Assembly: GCA_965203275.1 (NCBI GenBank)
Contig: OZ241865.1
Location: forward strand, 128,001-192,000
DNA: 64,000 nt
Direction of reading: 5' to 3'
Origin: Bdellovibrionales bacterium
GTDB lineage: Bacteria; Bdellovibrionota; Bdellovibrionia; Bdellovibrionales; JAUICD01
The position numbers were made by a program, and so were the translations under genes. The notes beneath the pieces are model-generated. The model saw only the letters and a list, made by a program, of their open reading frames with translations. It did not search any database and was not told the origin of the DNA. Below, in pieces: positions 62,824 through 64,000 of the stretch; position 1 is the stretch's first letter, and each line of letters begins with the position of its first letter.

Positions 62824-64000
62824 ATGTGTGGAATTATTGGCTATCAAGGTCCTCAAAACACAAAAAAAATACTCCTCAATAGTCTTGAAGCTTTAGAATA
62901 CAGAGGCTACGATAGTGTAGGTATTGCTATCTTTGACAAAGGGAGGATTCAACAAAGGCATGCACAAGGGCCACTTGCTAGCCTAAAAAAAGAAGTTAAA
63001 GATATCCAGTTTGATGGTTCACTAGGCATAGGTCATACCCGATGGGCTACCCATGGTGTCCCTTCTAAAAAAAATGCTCACCCTCATTATGCTGATGGTT
63101 TCAGTATAGTGCATAATGGGATCATTGAAAATCACATTCAGTTAAGAAAACATATTTTAGAATCTGGATCAAAGATTTTATCTGAAACAGATTCAGAGCT
63201 TATTGCTCATTTACTTTCAATGGCTTTTAAAAAAACTGGAGACCTTTTGCAAGCAGTTCAACAAACAATGACAGACCTAAAAGGGGCTTACTGTGTTCTA
63301 GCTATTAATGAAAGAGAACCTGAGACATGGCTAGCTTTTAAGTTTGGTCCTCCGTTGGTTTTAGGTATATCACCTTCAGAAATTTTTGTAGCTAGTGATA
63401 TCCAGCCGATTATACCACATACCGATAAAATAGTTTACTTGCAAGACAATGAGATTGTTAAAATTCAAAAAACAAAATATCAAATATTTCATCTCAAAGG
63501 TCTACCTATTGAAAGAAAACCTATTGCTTTATCTAATAAAAAAGAAGCTATAAATAAAAAAGGCTATCCTCACTTTATGCTGAAAGAAATTTTTGAACAA
63601 AGCGAGTCTATACAGCGAGTGCTTGCACCTTTTTTAGATCCTTCTCATCATAAGATACATTTTGATCATTTAAAGAGTGATGTGAAAAGGCAAATGAAAG
63701 AGGCTCAACGCATTTTCATTATTGCTTGTGGTTCAAGTTATTATGCAGGGCTAGCCCTTCAATATCTTATAGAAAGATGGGCAGAAATACCTGTGGATGT
63801 AGAGCTTGCTAGTGAGTTTCGTTATCGTGATCCTGTGATCAGCTCTTCAAATCTTTATTTATTTATTTCTCAAAGTGGAGAAACAGCAGACACATTAGCA
63901 GCTTTACGTTTAGTGAAACAAAAAGGAGGAAGTACGCTAGCTATTTGCAATGTGCCTTATTCTACTATTGATAGAGAAGCTCATGCCTGTATAGATATGT
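62824..64000 (+). CDS. glmS: Glutamine--fructose-6-phosphate aminotransferase (runs off the window)
   Basis: Translated by eye: MCGIIG..LEYRGYDS..GHTRWATHG..NAHPH..HNGIIEN..MLKEIFEQ..SQSGETADT. Confidence 0.95.
   Translation, partial: MCGIIGYQGPQNTKKILLNSLEALEYRGYDSVGIAIFDKGRIQQRHAQGPLASLKKEVKDIQFDGSLGIGHTRWATHGVPSKKNAHPHYADGFSIVHNGIIENHIQLRKHILESGSKILSETDSELIAHLLSMAFKKTGDLLQAVQQTMTDLKGAYCVLAINEREPETWLAFKFGPPLVLGISPSEIFVASDIQPIIPHTDKIVYLQDNEIVKIQKTKYQIFHLKGLPIERKPIALSNKKEAINKKGYPHFMLKEIFEQSESIQRVLAPFLDPSHHKIHFDHLKSDVKRQMKEAQRIFIIACGSSYYAGLALQYLIERWAEIPVDVELASEFRYRDPVISSSNLYLFISQSGETADTLAALRLVKQKGGSTLAICNVPYSTIDREAHACIDM

Overview
AT-rich bacterial chromosomal segment, most likely a Bdellovibrionota member and possibly host-associated. 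This is inference from the TadB/TadC-like genes, pilH-pilI-pilD, gspC, the myxobacterial-type OM beta-barrel, the LspA-HAMP fusion, an RxPAS-motif Cys-rich secreted protein and the secreted ankyrin proteins. The backbone is housekeeping (M16 peptidases, der, nusB, dapD, gltX, rsmI, kdsC, thiolase, rmuC, iscS-mnmA, nrdB, serS, sdhCAB, rpsU, lspA, hpt, glmS). About eight intergenic hot spots interrupt it. Each is built from a family of ~140-nt multi-stem palindromic elements that keep one branched fold while their stems covary extensively. The elements occur as full copies, chimeras and tandem 3' tails. They abut or truncate genes and co-locate with remnants of defence-type genes (Rpn/PD-(D/E)XK, TIR, HerA-like, helicase-REase) and with secreted ankyrin or Cys-rich proteins. 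No mobilising enzyme is encoded in the window. Other notable signals: an intragenic RpnS-like start, an inverted-repeat-bounded segment upstream of pilA, a G12 tract in a sigma54-driven gene, a 16-nt hairpin array after a sigma54 promoter, and frameshifts in serS and an ankyrin gene. I found no rRNA, tRNA or CRISPR array.
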